This document shows positions 30,687 through 32,000 of a DNA stretch of 32,000 bases, piece after piece. Numbering within the stretch: the first letter of the stretch is position 1; each line of letters begins with the position of its first letter. Position numbers and translations under genes: made by a program. Below the pieces are notes generated by a model that ran no database searches, had not been told where the DNA came from, and saw only the letters and a program-made list of their open reading frames with translations. This DNA is from Haliscomenobacter hydrossis DSM 1100. GTDB lineage: Bacteria > Bacteroidota > Bacteroidia > Chitinophagales > Saprospiraceae. The DNA is taken from contig NC_015510.1 of assembly GCF_000212735.1 (NCBI RefSeq), positions 2,536,315 to 2,568,314 on the forward strand, given 5' to 3'.

Positions 30687-32000
30687 ATGAAACCATCTAC
30701 CGCCGAAGGCACCCGGGACTTCACCCCCGATCAGGTGCTCAAACGCAACTATATCTTCGATACCATCCGTTCGGTGTTTGTCAAATTCGGGTATTTGCCC
30801 ATTGAAACCCCGGCCATGGAGAACCTCAGCACTTTGTCGGGCAAGTACGGCGAAGAAGGTGACCGTTTGTTGTTCAAAATTTTGAACAACGGCGAGTACC
30901 TCAAAGGCATTAGTCCTGACGACATCAGTTCCAAGGCCTATAAGACTGTCACCCCGGCTTTGGCAAAGCGGGGCTTGCGCTACGACCTTACTGTGCCTTT
31001 TGCCCGTTTTGTGGTGATGCACCAGAACGAACTCACGTTTCCCTTTAAACGCTACCAGATCCAACCCGTTTGGCGGGCCGATCGGCCACAAAAAGGCCGT
31101 TACCGGGAGTTTTACCAATGCGATGTGGATGTAGTGGGTTCTACCTCTTTGGTGTACGAAGCGGAGTTGGTGCAGATATACGATGAGGTTTTTTCCAAAT
31201 TGAACCTGCCCGTGGTCATCAAATTCAACAACCGCAAAATTTTGGAGGGTATTGCCGAAGTAGCGGGCATTCCTGAGCGAATGGTGGAGATGACCGTGGC
31301 GATCGACAAGTTGGATAAAATTGGCCTGGATGGCATAAAAAAGGAAATGGGTGAACGTGGTATCGACGATGCTGCCATCGCAACCATCACCCAAATTTTG
31401 AGCATTCAATCCCTGGATGAGCTGCAAAGTGCACTGGAATCCAGTGAAAGGGGAAAATTGGGCATCCAGGAAGTACAAGCCCTATTGCAATACCTCGGCA
31501 CTGGCCAAACCCAGCAAGACATTCGTTTTGACATTACCCTCGCCCGTGGGCTCAACTACTACACAGGTTGTATTTTTGAAGTACAAGCCAAAGGTGTGGC
31601 CATGGGCAGCATTGGCGGCGGTGGCCGTTACGATAACCTCACTGGTGTATTTGGACTCAAGGATGTATCCGGAGTTGGGGTCTCTTTTGGCGCCGAGCGC
31701 ATTTACGATGTACTGGAAGAGTTGAAACTTTTCCCTGCCGACACCAGCAATTCGCTCAAGGTGCTGTTCATGGCTTTTGATGAAGCCGCACACCTGTATG
31801 CTTTTGCTGCCCTCGGCAAATTGCGTGCAGCCGGGGTGAACTCCGAAATCTATCCAGATCCGGGAAAGATCAAAAAGCAAATGAAATACGCCAATGACCG
31901 ACAGGTGCCTTTTGTAGTGTTGGTCGGCGAAGAAGAAATGAGCAGTGGCTTGCTTAGCTTCAAAAATATGCAAAGCGGAGAGCAGGAGAAACTGACCATT
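30687..32000 (+). CDS. hisS: Histidine--tRNA ligase (3' end beyond the window)
   Basis: This gene is not in the supplied ORF track. My translation from the ATG at 30687 gives MKPSTAEGTRDFTPDQVLKRNYIFDTIRSVFVKFGYLPIETPAMENL... It then gives LRYDLTVPFARFVVMHQNE..FKRYQIQPVWRADRPQKGRYREFYQCDVDVVG, and at the edge ...RQVPFVVLVGEEEMSSGLLSFKNMQSGEQEKLTI. These are classic HisRS motifs. Every stretch I translated in this frame was open, up to position 32000 (438 codons); the middle of the gene was not checked codon by codon. Confidence 0.92.
   Translation, partial: MKPSTAEGTRDFTPDQVLKRNYIFDTIRSVFVKFGYLPIETPAMENLSTLSGKYGEEGDRLLFKILNNGEYLKGISPDDISSKAYKTVTPALAKRGLRYDLTVPFARFVVMHQNELTFPFKRYQIQPVWRADRPQKGRYREFYQCDVDVVGSTSLVYEAELVQIYDEVFSKLNLPVVIKFNNRKILEGIAEVAGIPERMVEMTVAIDKLDKIGLDGIKKEMGERGIDDAAIATITQILSIQSLDELQSALESSERGKLGIQEVQALLQYLGTGQTQQDIRFDITLARGLNYYTGCIFEVQAKGVAMGSIGGGGRYDNLTGVFGLKDVSGVGVSFGAERIYDVLEELKLFPADTSNSLKVLFMAFDEAAHLYAFAALGKLRAAGVNSEIYPDPGKIKKQMKYANDRQVPFVVLVGEEEMSSGLLSFKNMQSGEQEKLTI

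Noticed and set aside
30615-31973. Two long minus-strand ORFs (287 and 163 aa) and a plus-strand ORF at 31417-31725
   Set aside because: They overlap the real hisS reading frame (30687 to the window end), which has classic HisRS motifs. The track simply omitted the open-ended ORF.

Overview
This 32 kb window looks like a Bacteroidota-type chromosome. That is an inference from two cargo proteins with type-9-secretion C-terminal sorting domains, a PcrB/GGGPS-type prenylglyceryl-phosphate synthase, TAnnTTTG-like -7 boxes, and A-rich leaders without Shine-Dalgarno sequences. Most genes are housekeeping. On the plus strand: leuC (3' end), leuD, a leuA/cimA-like gene and leuB. On the minus strand: a giant three-pass membrane protein of about 1620-1648 aa, with a PKD domain, a degenerate CoxE-type vWA-like module, a CarboxypepD_reg-like domain and a C-terminal FGE-sulfatase/SUMF1 domain. 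Then hmgA, fahA, a flavin reductase and an SDR; tRNA-Asn(GTT); a PfkB kinase; an orphan MoxR/AAA_5-like ATPase; a MATE exporter; a PIN toxin plus antitoxin pair; rsgA; GGGPS; an M15 lipoprotein peptidase; and an unassigned 472 aa protein. Two T9SS cargo proteins and a small HTH protein sit in an A+T-rich patch, followed by an O-antigen-ligase-like protein, pheS and hisS. hisS runs off the 3' edge and is missing from the supplied ORF track. The most unusual signal is non-coding. Nine intergenic gaps are filled almost exactly from stop codon to start codon by a long hairpin. Each arm is a tandem array of a 7-8 nt unit (GGTTCGRR, GTTGAGGA, GTTGAANN, GTTGATNN or AGCGAAA), and the purine-rich arm is always 5'. 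One half-arm lies in frame inside the giant gene. A separate structured element of about 330 bp occurs twice in tandem downstream of leuB. I saw no CRISPR array, transposase, integrase, reverse transcriptase or rRNA.
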